A DNA stretch of 64,000 nucleotides from an uncultured delta proteobacterium (lineage in GTDB: Bacteria > Bdellovibrionota > FAC87 > UBA2466): the NCBI GenBank assembly GCA_963778115.1, contig CAVZSV010000005.1:64001-128000 (forward strand), read 5' to 3'. The notes beneath the pieces were generated by a model, which did no database searches, had not been told where the DNA came from, and saw only the letters and a program-made list of their open reading frames with translations. Positions 1 to 9,992 of the stretch are shown here, piece by piece; position 1 is the stretch's first letter; each line of letters opens with the position of its first letter. Made by a program: the position numbers and the translations under genes.

Positions 1-323
1 GACGAATCGATGCAAAGGAATTCGTTGATCTTATGAACGACATCTACCGAACCGAACAATGCCTCTTGCAGAATTTCTTCATCCCTCAGGTCAAACTAAA
101 ATCCAAGATTCGAATCGGAGCTAAGTACAAACGCACCTACACAAAACCCAGGACGCCCTATCAAGCCCTTCTAGACTTACCGGACTTCAACCCAGCAACC
201 AAAGATCGCCTTAAGGCTCTCTTCCTGTCCCTCAATCCCTTTGACCTTCAGGTATCCCTAGAAAAGAAAATGGCCAGATTCTATCAAGCTCTCCAACCAA
301 AAACCGAAAGGATAGCAGCATGA
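1..323 (+). CDS. C-terminal part of a DDE/integrase-core transposase (truncated by window start)
   Basis: Frame is open from base 3 (RIDAKEFVDLMNDIY...). NFFIPQVKL-K-RIGAKYKRTYTKPRTPYQALL and LNPFDL resemble the C-terminus of the 'KRxYDxPxTPYQRLL' class of IS integrase/transposases. Confidence 0.75.
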   Translation, partial: RIDAKEFVDLMNDIYRTEQCLLQNFFIPQVKLKSKIRIGAKYKRTYTKPRTPYQALLDLPDFNPATKDRLKALFLSLNPFDLQVSLEKKMARFYQALQPKTERIAA

Positions 324-345
324 CTCAAAGCCAAAATCCCACCTC

Positions 346-375
346 ATTTCAGTTAGTTCTTCTTATGAGGAAGCG
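346..375. mobile_element. Probable right end of the IS carrying the 1-323 transposase
   Basis: ATTTCAGTTAGTTCTTCTTATGAGGAAGCG lies about 22 bp after the transposase stop and resembles ends I recall for this IS class. The partner end is outside the window, so it cannot be confirmed. Confidence 0.35.
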
Positions 376-1300
376 GGCGGCGCTGAGGGAGTGGAAAGCC
401 CTTGGCTCCAAGAACAGGCAGTCTAGGATCTCTAGAGGGCAATTGTATGGCCGGTGAGCCTGCGTAAGCTAGATTTTCGAGCAGTTGGTCGCTGCATTCG
501 GGAACCCACTTCCTAAAGTAAGCGGCAGCAGCTCCCGCATCCGGATTAAGCAGATAGGCCATCATTTCGTTGGCCATGAGTTCGGCATCATCAGCCGCGT
601 ATCCTAACTTCGCTAAGACTTTGACCATGGCTTTTCGCCTGGAAGCGTGAAGGCTTTGGTAATATTCGATCGTAGTCCCTCGAAAGACTTCATCCGTGAA
701 AAACTGGGCGTGCAAGATTTCGTGGCCGACAGTACTTACCAAGGATCCTGGACTGTCGATGGATGCTGCAAGTAGAACGAAACGATCCCCGTATTTCTCA
801 ACGATAGTTCGCAGGGCCTGTCGTTCAAAGCGCCGCTCCCATTCGTTCAAGGATTTGTCTCGTCGGCCGACTTTAAAGAAATCGATCGCCGCTTTTCCTC
901 TGATATCGTGCCCCGCTGTTCTCTTAACGGAGGCGATCGTATAACGGTGCTCCATTTCTCGAAGTGGTTCTCTGCCCGGCTTATCCCGGTACTGCCCTTC
1001 GCTAAAAGCAGAGAGTCTTGTGAACATACGGTTCATGACAGCCAGTTCATAGGAGAGACAGAGATAGACACTGGGAAGCCCCACCACCTCAGCGCATTCG
1101 GTATAGTCTTCCCACCCTTTGAAATGGAAGGCGTCTATTTTGGGCTTATAGATCTTACCGATAGCATCCGCCCACCGGAAAAGGCCATCGCCTTGAAGTC
1201 GTACGGGACGATCGCGCAAAATCAAAAAAGGATCTGCTTGAAGCGCAAAACCCAGAGTTAGGGTTAAGGTCAGCCCGACAAGAGAAAATTTTCGCAACAT
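353..1300 (-). CDS. Secreted protein with HExxH zinc-metallopeptidase-like motif
   Basis: Signal peptide (MLRKFSLVGLTLTLTLGFALQA). GHEILHAQF followed by a downstream NEMMAY (possible third Zn ligand). Confidence 0.6.
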   Translation of the reverse strand: MLRKFSLVGLTLTLTLGFALQADPFLILRDRPVRLQGDGLFRWADAIGKIYKPKIDAFHFKGWEDYTECAEVVGLPSVYLCLSYELAVMNRMFTRLSAFSEGQYRDKPGREPLREMEHRYTIASVKRTAGHDIRGKAAIDFFKVGRRDKSLNEWERRFERQALRTIVEKYGDRFVLLAASIDSPGSLVSTVGHEILHAQFFTDEVFRGTTIEYYQSLHASRRKAMVKVLAKLGYAADDAELMANEMMAYLLNPDAGAAAAYFRKWVPECSDQLLENLAYAGSPAIQLPSRDPRLPVLGAKGFPLPQRRPLPHKKN

Positions 1301-1472
1301 TCAGGGCTTATGGCATGTTACCCAAATTTCATCAAGGGCTTTCAACGAACACCACCGAACAATGACGTCCGTCCCCTCTTGAGCCCCCTTCGCCAAAAAG
1401 GGTACACCGGCCTTACTCAAAACGAACAAGGCGTTCGTTGAGATCCCAATATTGACCCAGGAGTGTAGTCGT

Positions 1473-2003
1473 ATGTTTAATCTAAATTCCCAGCGAATCG
1501 TTTTATTAGTTGCCGCCATAGTTTCCCTCTCGGCACAGGCGCGCCTTAACCCGTCCCACATTTGTATTAGAGTTCCCGGCATATCTTCAGAAGTGGTCTG
1601 TCAAAACCCGGTCCCCGAAAAAACAGAAGTCGTGCAAGCGAAGGAGCTTTTACCGGGTTTTGAAGCCGCCATTATTGAAAAAGAAAATGAAGGGAAGGTG
1701 GAGTACCACAAGATCTTCCAAGACCCAAAATCGACGACCACTCTTGAAGCGAAGGAATTTAAAGTCGAAATAAGTTCAACCAATGTGGTGTCTTTGGCGT
1801 TACAGAGCACTTATAGAATCCTTGAAATTACCGTCACGGACCGGGATAACGGGAAGGTCATTGCTTACCAACGTCAGTACAGTGACTCGGTCGATAACCT
1901 AAACGCCATGGTGATGAACTTTGTTCATCCTCGCACTTTAGAAAGCTATGTCGTAGGCGTCAGATCGGAAACTTGTACTAAGAGGCTAGCGAAGAAAAAG
2001 TGA
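1473..2003 (+). CDS. Secreted hypothetical protein
   Basis: AGGAG at 1459-1463 precedes ATG 1473. Hydrophobic signal peptide ending ..SAQA. Confidence 0.65.
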   Translation: MFNLNSQRIVLLVAAIVSLSAQARLNPSHICIRVPGISSEVVCQNPVPEKTEVVQAKELLPGFEAAIIEKENEGKVEYHKIFQDPKSTTTLEAKEFKVEISSTNVVSLALQSTYRILEITVTDRDNGKVIAYQRQYSDSVDNLNAMVMNFVHPRTLESYVVGVRSETCTKRLAKKK

Positions 2004-2022
2004 GTGAAGCAATTCCTTATTC

Positions 2023-2041
2023 AACGAACACCGTGTTCATT
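2023..2041. promoter_or_regulatory. Palindromic candidate operator AACGAACAC-C-GTGTTCATT
   Basis: 8/9-bp inverted arms, 45 bp upstream of the TIGR02147 regulator. Confidence 0.45.
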
Positions 2042-2086
2042 CAGTCTTGATCTGACTATTCGGATCTGGTACGGTGCGGCACTTTT

Positions 2087-2905
2087 ATGAACTCCTTCAA
2101 TACCGATTATCGCGATGTCCTTAGGGACGAGTTCGCGGCACGTTGCTCCCGCAACCGCCTGTATTCGTTGCGGGCTTTTGCGCGTGATTTGGATTTACGT
2201 CCCTCCCATTTGAGTGATGTGCTTCGGGGAAAGTTGGGGTTAAGCGCCAGATCAGCCATGCAAGTGGCTTCGGCCATCGGAATGTCGGAAGCCGAAGGAA
2301 GTTATTTCGTAACGTTAGTCGAAGCTTCACACGCCAGGAGCGCTTCAAGGCGTAAGACCGCGAGGCAAAAGCTAGGAAGCCTAGGTGTCGCTAAGGACTA
2401 TCAAGTCTTGGAAGAAAGGGTGTTTGAGATCATTTCGGACTGGCATCACTATGCGTTGTTGGAGCTAGTCCAAACCGATTCGTTTGTTCCGAGGCTTTCC
2501 TGGATTGCCGAGCGCCTGGGGATCACACGCGTAGAAGTGGAAAGTGTAGTGAGGCGCCTCAAGGGCGTTGGTCTTCTTAGCGTTAGAAACGGCAAATGGC
2601 TAGTAACGAATAAGTTTCCCGCCACTCGAAGCGGAATCCCGTCTAAAGCGATTAAGAAATTCCACTCGCAAATCTTAACGAAAGCTACGGACGCACTTTA
2701 CAGCCAGGCCATCGAACAAAGAGATTTTTCTTCCATAACGTTTGCGATCAATCCCGATGATATTGCGGAAATCAAAGAAGCACTTCGTGAATTTAGAAGA
2801 GGGATAGAGAAAAAGTTCAAAGCTCGAACGAATAAAAGGGAGGTCTACTCTTTGTCGATTCAGCTGTTTTCGTTAACGGAGCAGGCCAAGGTGCTATATG
2901 CGTAA
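2087..2905 (+). CDS. TIGR02147 / DUF4423 family HTH protein
   Basis: YSLRAFARDL...SHLSDVLRGK HTH, ISDWHHYALLEL, AIKKFHSQIL, QRDFSSITFA, EVYSLSIQLFSLT. Confidence 0.9.
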   Translation: MNSFNTDYRDVLRDEFAARCSRNRLYSLRAFARDLDLRPSHLSDVLRGKLGLSARSAMQVASAIGMSEAEGSYFVTLVEASHARSASRRKTARQKLGSLGVAKDYQVLEERVFEIISDWHHYALLELVQTDSFVPRLSWIAERLGITRVEVESVVRRLKGVGLLSVRNGKWLVTNKFPATRSGIPSKAIKKFHSQILTKATDALYSQAIEQRDFSSITFAINPDDIAEIKEALREFRRGIEKKFKARTNKREVYSLSIQLFSLTEQAKVLYA

Positions 2906-4323
2906 CGTCTGCTGCTATGGAATTTTGCTATTGGGGTTAGTTGCTTGCCAAAAGGTGGGTGTCAACGGAGGTGCCTCTGGGGGTTCGCCTGGAAATCCCT
3001 CTGGCCTGAAAGCTCCTTCGATGACCTACGGGGAAGTGGGAAATGGGGGGCATGGGATTAAATTTGGAGACAAGATCTATCTTTATGATTTGTGGGAAGC
3101 AGGAATTGAAAAGGGGCCAAAGTTTCCATTCAGTATCAATCCGAACCATTGCGAATCAGGTTCGAAAGAAGTCCTGAAACAGCTTCAGAGAATACTAACC
3201 CTCAACGAAAACACCAGGACATTTTTTAATGAGAACTTACAAAAAACCTTCCCAGGCCAAGATAAAATGGTTGCCGATTTGTCGGATCGTCTCTCTGTCA
3301 TATTTGCTCTAAATTCGGTTCTTGCGATGAGTCTGTACGAATCTATTCAGGCGCATAATTGGATTTTTACGGACGTTGAATTAAATAATTTGAGGCTTCC
3401 TCATCCCGTTCATAAATTGAGCGACGGCGAAGTGCTTTTATTGGCTAATCGAGTGGGGAGATTCATTTACCTATTCAATAAGAGCTGGGTGGCAATGGAT
3501 CTATGGAATCAGGTAGGGCTTATTCTTCATGAAGCGATCTATAGTTTGCTTCCTCCGCAGAAGGTGATGTTGGCCGGAGGCCGCGAGACGTTAAGGCAGG
3601 ATGGAAGAAGAGCACGGCAGATCCTATCGGTCCTTTCGGGAGTAAGGAGCTTTTCCGATCTTCGGGCGATGGGGCTTGTGAGCTTTATCGAATCGGACGG
3701 AGCTTCCCTTGCTTACCAGTGAAACTCCAAACTTTAGGGTGACCTCTACTTTCTTTACGAAAGTACAAAGAGGATTGCTGCCCCGAGGTCGAGTCGCGAT
3801 GGTCGGCCCCGCGTCTTATGTGATTTCCGTTGAGGACACGGACATAAAAGTTTCATTTCCCATTTTAGCCTTTGGAGGGGGAGAGATTGTCGATGTATTT
3901 GGGAAACGTGACGAACTAGTCGAGACATTACTTGAGGTAACTTGTAAAGCCCTTAGCCGAAACAAGGATCGCTCTTATAAAATAGAATTGGTCTTTCCGA
4001 AAAATAAAAAGAACGAAGAAGAGTCTTTTGAAATGCAGTTCGTAAATTATCAGGACCAAGACGAAGTGAAGCAGTATCTTCAATTTACTCCACTTTCTCA
4101 GGACAAGTCCCAACTTGCTGCTCAGGGAAACTCTCAGTTATTTTTCACTATCGCCGCTACTCAAGAGGGCGACGTTTCGGATTTATTGTTTAAAAAGCTA
4201 GAGCCAACCCCCGAGAAGATCACCAGCGCCTGTGTTGACTATTTATCAGGGGTTGTAGGGCGTCGGGCATTTTACTACCCTTCCATCTATCCTTTGGATC
4301 CCAAGCAGAGGTACGGTAACTAA
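2898..4323 (+). pseudogene. Lipoprotein with GEVGNGG and LILHEAIY motifs, apparently split by a frameshift near 3709-3722 (or two overlapping genes)
   Basis: Lipobox LVAC. ORF 2898-3722 overlaps ORF 3709-4323, which has only a TTG start and no signal peptide. Start overlaps the TIGR02147 gene stop. Confidence 0.5.
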
Positions 4324-4429
4324 ATTTTGTCGCTCCTCCCACTGACACTGGTGACAAAATTCGTCTCCCTCGACTACTAAATACCGGCTCCCCCTATCCA
4401 ATCGAGCTTGTCCGAGCCTAGCATTCTCA

Positions 4430-4445
4430 CGGCATATTGATTGCA
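4430..4445 (+). promoter_or_regulatory. sigma54 (-24/-12) promoter CGGCATATTGATTGCA
   Basis: GG-N10-GC spacing with GGCA and TTGCA, 46 bp upstream of ATG 4491. Confidence 0.6.
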
Positions 4446-4490
4446 ATTTTAGCGCTCCGGTCGAGTTCGTAGAGGATATAGGCGGAATAT

Positions 4491-5522
4491 ATGAAAATGA
4501 GCTGGAAATGGATTGCGGGTAGTTTAGTTTTGGCGATTTGCTTAAATGCCAAGGCTGAGACGTCGGTTACGGGAAGTCCGGATACGGATACGGCGGTTAA
4601 AGCCGATGCCACCGAAGCGCCTGCGACGGTTTCAAAAGCGCTGGCCCCTCAACCCAAGGTTCAAGCTACCGCCCAGTCTACGGTTAATAATACCCAGAAC
4701 AATACGGTAGTAACGGGAACTTCGAATGCGGCGATCGCTCCGGCACCTGCTCCATCGAATCCCACGCCGTCGGTGACTCCTGCGGTGACACCACCGGCCC
4801 CAGCTCCAACCCTGGCTCCGGCTCCGGTTCCGGTCGCTCCGACGACGACGACCACTACCACTAATAATGTGCTGCAAGCTAATCCTACCCCGGTAACGGC
4901 GGATACTAAAACCAACGCGACTCCTGTCACTGAGCCAACCACTGACCAGAGCACTCGGATGCATTTTGGATTTCTGGCTGGATTAAGCTCGGGTGAAGTT
5001 ACGACAGGAATCCCTGGGACTTCGATAAGCGCTCCCTCTAATTCTCGCTTGGGAGTTGCGGGTGGCCTTTTCTTCAATCTCCCTTTAAATCATTTTTTCT
5101 CGATTCAACCTCAATTGCTCTACATTCAAAAGGGTGGAGACCTTACGGCCGCGAACCCCTTTCCCGGAATTCCGACGACGTTGCGCTATGACGTGGTGGA
5201 ATTGCCTCTGCTAGCGATGGGCAAGTTTGGAAGTGATTTCATCAAAGGCACGGTCTTTGCGGGTCCCAGCATCGCTATCGCCGTAAACCAGTCTTTGGTC
5301 TTCAGTCAGACTGGACAAAACACCGGTCTTAATCCTCAATACCGAAACGTTGATGTGGGAATCCACATGGGTGCGGGTACGGAAATGGCCATCACCCAAA
5401 ATTTGACATGGAACTTCAACGTTCGTTACATCGCTGGCCTTGCCAACATCGACAACGGGCCGGCGACCACGACGAATCTTAATACTTGGCTCTTTCTAAC
5501 CGGACTCGGACTCGCGTTCTAG
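4491..5522 (+). CDS. Outer-membrane beta-barrel protein (porin-family/PorT-like) with long Pro/Thr/Ala-rich N-terminal stalk
   Basis: Signal peptide, ~130 aa low-complexity linker, then FSIQPQLLYIQKG, YDVVELPLL, FAGP, and terminal Phe (TGLGLAF). Confidence 0.85.
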   Translation: MKMSWKWIAGSLVLAICLNAKAETSVTGSPDTDTAVKADATEAPATVSKALAPQPKVQATAQSTVNNTQNNTVVTGTSNAAIAPAPAPSNPTPSVTPAVTPPAPAPTLAPAPVPVAPTTTTTTTNNVLQANPTPVTADTKTNATPVTEPTTDQSTRMHFGFLAGLSSGEVTTGIPGTSISAPSNSRLGVAGGLFFNLPLNHFFSIQPQLLYIQKGGDLTAANPFPGIPTTLRYDVVELPLLAMGKFGSDFIKGTVFAGPSIAIAVNQSLVFSQTGQNTGLNPQYRNVDVGIHMGAGTEMAITQNLTWNFNVRYIAGLANIDNGPATTTNLNTWLFLTGLGLAF

Positions 5523-5525
5523 GCC

Positions 5526-5876
5526 CTAATGACCGCAGGGCAAGCAGTCGCAGAGTGTGCTCGTGGGGCACGAGGCAAATTGCCCTTTTTCGCATGTGAT
5601 ACTGCAGCCAGGACCCGAGTCGTCTCCGCCAGAGACGCAAGAGGAAGGTCCACATTCGAGAGGCTCGAGCACTAGTTTTCCGTTCACGAAATGGCCTCTA
5701 CCCATACAGACCGAACAGTCGTGGATGATACAGTCCGTATTGTCGTCGCAAGAGTAGTAGCCGGCTACACAGCCTGCGGGATCACTGGGATCTCCTCCGT
5801 AGCATAATCCGCTGGCGAATGAAGTCGCACCCAAGAAAACTAAATATCCTAAAATGACAAATCCCAGTCTGTTCAC
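5526..5876 (-). CDS. Small secreted Cys-rich protein
   Basis: Signal peptide ending SFA. About 16 Cys in the ~95-aa mature part. GGGAG upstream of the GTG start. Confidence 0.65.
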   Translation of the reverse strand: MNRLGFVILGYLVFLGATSFASGLCYGGDPSDPAGCVAGYYSCDDNTDCIIHDCSVCMGRGHFVNGKLVLEPLECGPSSCVSGGDDSGPGCSITCEKGQFASCPTSTLCDCLPCGH

Positions 5877-5899
5877 AGCGCTCCCCTGATGGTCAGCAA

Positions 5900-6625
5900 T
5901 TAATTTCCTAAGATCTTATTTAGCGTGGGCAAAAATCGTTCCGATGGGATGGCAATGTTGGCGTACTCTTTTGAATACTCCGAGACTTGCAAACTATCTT
6001 CTCCATCGCCGCGATATTCGGCAACCATCAACGCAACTATGTAAGCTTCATTATTGCCTTCACTGACAAACATGGGGCCTCCCGAAGATCCTCGGGTACC
6101 GTCACAGTCGTGGAGCCAAAAATCGGTTAGGCGTTCTTGAATGGTGCAATTGACGTGAGCACCCGCGGTTTGACCGGACATGAAGTCGTAAGAATATCCC
6201 GCGAGTGTGACGGTGTCTGCGTCCTGTTCTTTGACTCCCATCGATCCGTAAGAACTTCCTAGATCGTCGTTGAGCTGCACGATCGCCCAGTCATGAGCGC
6301 GATCGTTTTTGGGATCGCTCGTTCCTGTCCACGTATAGGTGGCGTAGGAGCTGGTGTTGGACTGGTTGCCTATCATATTGGGATAGTACGTTAAGGCTTG
6401 AATCTGTCCCGAATCGTCGTAGACGCAGTGTGCCGCGGTAACAATTAGGTTCTTGTCGATTAGTGTGGCGGTGCATCCGCTAGAAAGATAGCCAACCGTG
6501 CTCCACGGATACTCATTGCTAGTCACCTGTTGGCGAGCATCCGGACCGAAAATGTTGTGTTTGGCACCAAACGAGACAGAACAGAATAGACTTGTGGCGA
6601 AAAAGAACTTTAAAAAATAACCCAT
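5900..6625 (-). CDS. Secreted trypsin-like (S1, V8/glutamyl-endopeptidase-like) serine protease
   Basis: CTATLI, VTAAHC (His), HDWAIV (Asp), GSSGGP (Ser), IFGPDAR pro-region, signal peptide. Confidence 0.9.
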   Translation of the reverse strand: MGYFLKFFFATSLFCSVSFGAKHNIFGPDARQQVTSNEYPWSTVGYLSSGCTATLIDKNLIVTAAHCVYDDSGQIQALTYYPNMIGNQSNTSSYATYTWTGTSDPKNDRAHDWAIVQLNDDLGSSYGSMGVKEQDADTVTLAGYSYDFMSGQTAGAHVNCTIQERLTDFWLHDCDGTRGSSGGPMFVSEGNNEAYIVALMVAEYRGDGEDSLQVSEYSKEYANIAIPSERFLPTLNKILGN

Positions 6626-6699
6626 GTAACCCCCCAGGCAGTTTTCTCGCAAGGTCGACTAAGGACGTCAATGAGATTTAGAAAAAATATCTCTTGAAA

Positions 6700-7785
6700 T
6701 TAATTTGCGAGATCTTCTAGAGCTCCGTCGCAGCCTGGTTTTTGACTGGGAACTTTTTTCCTTATGGGTAGCACTAAGGCAAGCGCTTCCGGTTTTCTCT
6801 TATCCACTTGATTGGTGACAAATCCGGAACCTCCGACGGCTCCGGTAAGAAGAATTCCGGCGGGGCTATCACTAATGTTGAGTGCATTGTTTACGACACT
6901 AATGAGCGACTGGATCAATGAGCCTCTGGCGGAATTTTTTCGATAGAGAGCTTCTCTCCCAGGATTTCTGGCAATAGCTTCTCGGGTCCAGCGATGGTTG
7001 AGTGTTTGCCAATAGGTCTGAGTAAAAATACTAAGGCCTACGGCTTTGGTAATTTTTTTAATTACTTTAGGGGATACCCATTCCTTGGCGAGTCCCGTAC
7101 TAGCTAGACCCGAATGCAGTAGGGCCGCGTAAACAGTACTACTGACCGCTTTCTTTAAAAAAGGCCTTCCTTTTCCAGGCTGCGCTGGCTCAAGACTTAG
7201 CCAGCCGTCAGATGCGAGCCACGCCAAAAACTCTTTATTCCAATATTGCATTCCCGCCGACCATACGCCGGCCAGACTTCCTTGGACGGCCGCCGGCCAA
7301 AATGAGCTGTGGCTGTCCAGCATAACGGTTGCGGTAACCGCAGCGAAGCTAAGGCCTCCTCTTACTAAGGAGTAGGAGACACGATAGTTAAGTTTGGGGT
7401 CTTTCTTGGGGCCGCTATCCGCTTTCGCCAATTGTTCCGCAATGAAATGGCAAGCTAGGGCGCCCGGATCGGTGTGAGCCAAACAAAGAACATTCGTTCC
7501 TTGTGAAGGCAAATTAGGGGGAGCCACTAACGTCGAGTCTTGTTTCTCTTTTTCATCCGGAACAGCGATGACAAGGGTGATATCGGAATCCGTGATATCG
7601 GTCGCGATGGCGGTCGCGGTGTCTTCACTCATAGTCTGACGCAGCTCCATAGTCTCCGCGGCGAATATTTTTTCACCGTGAGCCATCAGAGCGAGCGCAC
7701 ACCACAACGTTATGAAACCGATCAAGCCAAAGCGATTCAGGGATTCTCTGTTGGAACCGTCGAAGGGGTCTTTCTGGTTTCCCAA
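6700..7785 (-). CDS. Hypothetical secreted/membrane protein
   Basis: 361-aa ORF with AAGGAGG RBS, N-terminal hydrophobic segment and several Gly/Ala-rich helices. No family recognised. Confidence 0.6.
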   Translation of the reverse strand: MGNQKDPFDGSNRESLNRFGLIGFITLWCALALMAHGEKIFAAETMELRQTMSEDTATAIATDITDSDITLVIAVPDEKEKQDSTLVAPPNLPSQGTNVLCLAHTDPGALACHFIAEQLAKADSGPKKDPKLNYRVSYSLVRGGLSFAAVTATVMLDSHSSFWPAAVQGSLAGVWSAGMQYWNKEFLAWLASDGWLSLEPAQPGKGRPFLKKAVSSTVYAALLHSGLASTGLAKEWVSPKVIKKITKAVGLSIFTQTYWQTLNHRWTREAIARNPGREALYRKNSARGSLIQSLISVVNNALNISDSPAGILLTGAVGGSGFVTNQVDKRKPEALALVLPIRKKVPSQKPGCDGALEDLAN

Positions 7786-8129
7786 AGCGTCCTCCTTTCA
7801 GGTCAAGTATTAAATGAGCAAAGAGCGTGCCTCTTTTTGAATTGTGTGGGTCCTGAGATCATTAGAAATTCGGTCCGTCTGAATTCCTGTATTCTCCTCG
7901 GTAGCGTCAAAGAAATATTCGTATTCGAAGGGAACTCGGCGTATTCGTGCTGACGACAGGAGAAGGCTTTAGCGATAAAGGGTGCACCGAAAGGCAGTTG
8001 CGACAAATTCGATCGGAATACGTCACAATTTAGTCGACGTGTACGCGAAACAAGAAGTTGATCTACAATTGGGATCATGCTAGGAAGCGCACTCTTTCTT
8101 TTCTCCCATAGAAGTTCTATCCTGAATAA

Positions 8130-9434
8130 ATGAACAGTCGTGATTTTACATCTCGTTCTCAATTTTGGTCCATTGTCCGAGTCTCCAGCGGCAATTTTTT
8201 GGAGATGTACGACTTCATGGTGTTCGGCTACTACGCTCAAGCGATCGCTCACGCCTTTTTTCCGAGTGGTTCGGCATTTGCGTCCCTGATGTTGTCGTTG
8301 ATGACGTTTGGTGCGGGATTTTTAATGAGACCCGTCGGTGCCATTGTATTGGGTGCTTACATCGATCATGTCGGCAGGCGTCGAGGTTTAATCGTTACCT
8401 TAGGATTCATGTCGATAGGAACCTTGCTGCTGGGATGTGTTCCCGGGTATTCCACGATAGGGCTCTTCGCTCCGATCCTAGTGGTGATAGGAAGGTTGTT
8501 TCAGGGGTTTTCCGCAGGGGTAGAACTGGGTGGAGTCTCTGTTTATCTTTCTGAAATCGCCACCCCGGGAAATAAGGGATTTTATGTCAGCTGGCAGTCG
8601 GCGAGCCAACAGGTTGCCGTCATTTTTGTCGCTATCATGGGAGTGCTGCTCAGCTCTTGGATCCCCCCTGCACAAATGGATGCATGGGGATGGCGCATTC
8701 CTTTAATGATCGGTTGTGTCATCATTCCGTTTCTTTTTCTTATTCGCAGCTCTCTTCAGGAGACGGACGAGTTTATGGCTCGTCGTCACCATCCGAAAAT
8801 AGAAGAGATAGTGCTCTCTCTTGTGATGAATTGGCGAATCATTGTCTTGGGAATGCTTTTGGTCACGATGACCACAGTCTCTTTCTACATGATAACCGCT
8901 TATACACCTACTTTCGGAAGTAGTGTGCTTCACTTGAGCAGTAGAGATTCTTTATGGGTTACCCTGGGAGTCGGACTGTCCAATTTGTTTTGGCTCCCTG
9001 TGATGGGGTCGTTATCGGATCGGATGGGAAGACGGCCGTTGCTTTTTGCTTTTACCTCGCTCGCGATACTCACGGCCTATCCTTCGCTGTCTTGGCTCGT
9101 AAAGGATCCTTCTTTTGTAAAACTCCTTGGCGTTGAATTGTGGTTATCATTTCTCTACGCAAGTTATAACGGCGCCATGGTCGTCTACTTGACTGAGATT
9201 ATGCCGGTAGAAGTTAGGACAACAGGTTTCTCCCTGGCTTATAGTTTGGCAACCGCTTTCTTTGGGGGATTTACGCCGGCAGTTTGTACTTACCTTATTC
9301 ACCGAAGCGCAAATCCAGCTTTCCCTGGCATCTGGTTATCAAGTGCCGCAGCATGTGGATTAGTGGCAACTATTCTCATCGGCTTTCATTCCACTTCTGC
9401 AAAAAACTCTCCTGCCAAAAGTTATCTTCGATAA
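8130..9434 (+). CDS. MFS metabolite:H+ symporter, citrate/tricarballylate (CitA/TcuC-like)
   Basis: [66 protein letters not shown], 12 TM pattern. Confidence 0.9.
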   Translation: MNSRDFTSRSQFWSIVRVSSGNFLEMYDFMVFGYYAQAIAHAFFPSGSAFASLMLSLMTFGAGFLMRPVGAIVLGAYIDHVGRRRGLIVTLGFMSIGTLLLGCVPGYSTIGLFAPILVVIGRLFQGFSAGVELGGVSVYLSEIATPGNKGFYVSWQSASQQVAVIFVAIMGVLLSSWIPPAQMDAWGWRIPLMIGCVIIPFLFLIRSSLQETDEFMARRHHPKIEEIVLSLVMNWRIIVLGMLLVTMTTVSFYMITAYTPTFGSSVLHLSSRDSLWVTLGVGLSNLFWLPVMGSLSDRMGRRPLLFAFTSLAILTAYPSLSWLVKDPSFVKLLGVELWLSFLYASYNGAMVVYLTEIMPVEVRTTGFSLAYSLATAFFGGFTPAVCTYLIHRSANPAFPGIWLSSAAACGLVATILIGFHSTSAKNSPAKSYLR

Positions 9435-9548
9435 AATCGGCTGCGAATAATGCGTTGCAATGAGAAGGAATTCATTTTTATCGCGCCTGTAACAACAAGA
9501 AATTAAAAATTCATTTTGAAAAAAGCGGATGCCCGTTAAAATTCAGTA

Positions 9549-9992
9549 ATGATTAAGTATCTTAATTTTTTTCTAATAACGCTTATTGTTAGTCCGATAG
9601 CCTACGCCTCATTAGGAGGTGACGCTTCTTCGATCAACGGGGATTTGGATGCGAAAAGTTCAAAGGTGTTAACGACACATAGCGCCCAATACTCGGTTCA
9701 CGAATTGTCCAAGAAAGGGCTCCGTTTGCACGAGTTTCTAGGAACGGACGGGAAGATTTTCGCCATCGCTTGGCAAGGGAAGGTTCATCCGGATCTATCG
9801 ATTGTCATGGGCTCCCACTTTTCAGAGTTCCAAGCAGCCCTCAAAAAGCTTCGCAAAAATCATCGACGTTTTGGAATGGCCGAAGTGGGGGACCTGCATT
9901 TGGAAATGGGTGGGGCCATGGGATCGGTCCACGGCCGCGTTTGGTTATCCAGTCGGATTCCTGGGGGAGTAGAAAAGAATGAGCTTAAATAG
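9549..9992 (+). CDS. DUF2844 family secreted protein
   Basis: AYASLGGD, YSVHE, EFLGTDGKIFAIAWQG..PDL..MG.HF, G..HGRVWL..IP.GV. Overlaps the next gene. Confidence 0.85.
   Translation: MIKYLNFFLITLIVSPIAYASLGGDASSINGDLDAKSSKVLTTHSAQYSVHELSKKGLRLHEFLGTDGKIFAIAWQGKVHPDLSIVMGSHFSEFQAALKKLRKNHRRFGMAEVGDLHLEMGGAMGSVHGRVWLSSRIPGGVEKNELK

Noticed and set aside
7540..8252. ORFs 7540-7953 (+) and 7803-8252 (-), and similar short antisense ORFs throughout the track
   Set aside because: They overlap better-supported genes, and have no RBS or recognisable motifs. Treated as shadow ORFs.
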